Of a DNA stretch of 64,000 bases, positions 63,161 to 64,000 are shown piece by piece. Both the position numbers and the translations under genes were made by a program. Source of the DNA: an uncultured Candidatus Binatia bacterium (GTDB taxonomy: Bacteria > Desulfobacterota > Binatia > UBA9968 > JAJDTQ01). The DNA lies in contig OZ244070.1 of assembly GCA_965215605.1 (NCBI GenBank), forward strand, positions 1,728,001 through 1,792,000, in the 5' to 3' direction. Numbering within the stretch: position 1 is the stretch's first letter; every line of letters begins with the position of its first letter. The notes beneath the pieces were generated by a model, which was given only the letters and a program-made list of their open reading frames with translations, searched no databases and had not been told where the DNA came from.

Positions 63161-64000
63161 TCAGCCGTCCTGCTTCCGGGCGGTCTCGACGCCGTCGAAG
63201 CCGGCGCGGTCCGCCAGGCTCGCCGGCGTCAACACCCCGGTGTGGCGCTGACCGTTGATGATCCACGTGGGATAGCTGCGGATGCCGGCCGCCAGACACT
63301 TGGTGGCGGTTGGGCCGCTGCGTCCGGCGGGACTGCATTCGATGTACGGGATGCGGTGGGCCGACGCACCGAAAAGCTCCTTCTGCTGCGTGCACGCAGG
63401 ACACCAGAACGCCCCGTACATCTTGACGCCGGCCTCGTCCATGTGGACGGCCAGCCCTTTGATCCAGGGATCCTCGTTGCCCGACGCCACCACCGTGGCG
63501 CCGGAATAGAAGATCACGTGGACCGCCAGCACACCGGCAGCGGCCGCCATGGCGCTTGCGCCGAGCCAGGGCTTCCACGCCAGGCGCCGGCTTACCTGCG
63601 GGACCTGGACCAGCGTGATCACGAAGATGGCCGCGAGCAGCCCCAGCGACGTCAGGCAGTAAGGGCAGGCGGCCTCCAGCCGGAACAGGGAGATGGCGGT
63701 GAGATACACGCTGTAGGCTACGCCGAACAGCGATACCGAGGCCAGCACCTTCCAGCGCCGGCTCCGGCGCTTGGTCAAGGCCGCGCCGACAAGCACGGCG
63801 TAGACGAGAAATCCCCATAGCGATGTCGGCAGGCCCAGGAGTGTGGACCAGCGGCTGTACAACACGATGTCGCAATCGGCCCCGGCCTCGCAAAAGGCGG
63901 CCTTCTCTCCCGACCAGGTGGTTCCGGTCAGATATCCCGCCAGCGCCAGCCCGATCAGCGCCAACGCCAGCACCGGCCAGTTCGGACTCGCGGGGGCGGC
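63161..64000 (-). CDS. VKOR-thioredoxin-like fusion protein; 5' end probably beyond the window
   Basis: C...GADCDIVLYSRWS, ACPYC in the TM domain, then MYGAFWCPAC..QKELFG..YIEC..YPTWIING; frame open to the window end. Confidence 0.9.
   Translation of the reverse strand, partial: AAPASPNWPVLALALIGLALAGYLTGTTWSGEKAAFCEAGADCDIVLYSRWSTLLGLPTSLWGFLVYAVLVGAALTKRRSRRWKVLASVSLFGVAYSVYLTAISLFRLEAACPYCLTSLGLLAAIFVITLVQVPQVSRRLAWKPWLGASAMAAAAGVLAVHVIFYSGATVVASGNEDPWIKGLAVHMDEAGVKMYGAFWCPACTQQKELFGASAHRIPYIECSPAGRSGPTATKCLAAGIRSYPTWIINGQRHTGVLTPASLADRAGFDGVETARKQDG

Overview
High-GC bacterial chromosomal window that contains the replication origin. Gene content and order suggest a deltaproteobacterial (possibly Binatia-like) genome; this is inference only. 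Most of it is core genes: glyQS, recO, grpE-dnaK-dnaJ-lon-thiL-larB, a Zn/metal ABC uptake operon with a divergent Fur/Zur regulator, eno, ftsB, tRNA-Gly(CCC), proVW, polA, gpmI, yacG, lpxA, moaBDE, dnaN-oriC-dnaA, hemL and the F0 ATP synthase genes. An accessory stretch at about 20.2-28.3 kb holds a DUF4258/YgiT toxin-antitoxin-like pair, three AAA+ ATPase/DUF4143-type paralogues (one frameshifted), a SAM-methyltransferase-HNH fusion, an Smr protein and an HTH remnant. The best leads are: (i) palindromic operator-like sites directly against the start codon of each AAA/DUF4143 paralogue, two sharing a leaderless-promoter layout; (ii) the MTase-HNH fusion; (iii) a REP/RPE-like repeat translated in frame inside a molybdoenzyme gene and forming the ThiL C-terminus; (iv) a repeat-spacer-repeat insertion breaking one ATPase gene; (v) a motif-degenerate archease coupled to an HD dNTPase-like gene. 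All calls rest on motif reading by eye; no searches were run.
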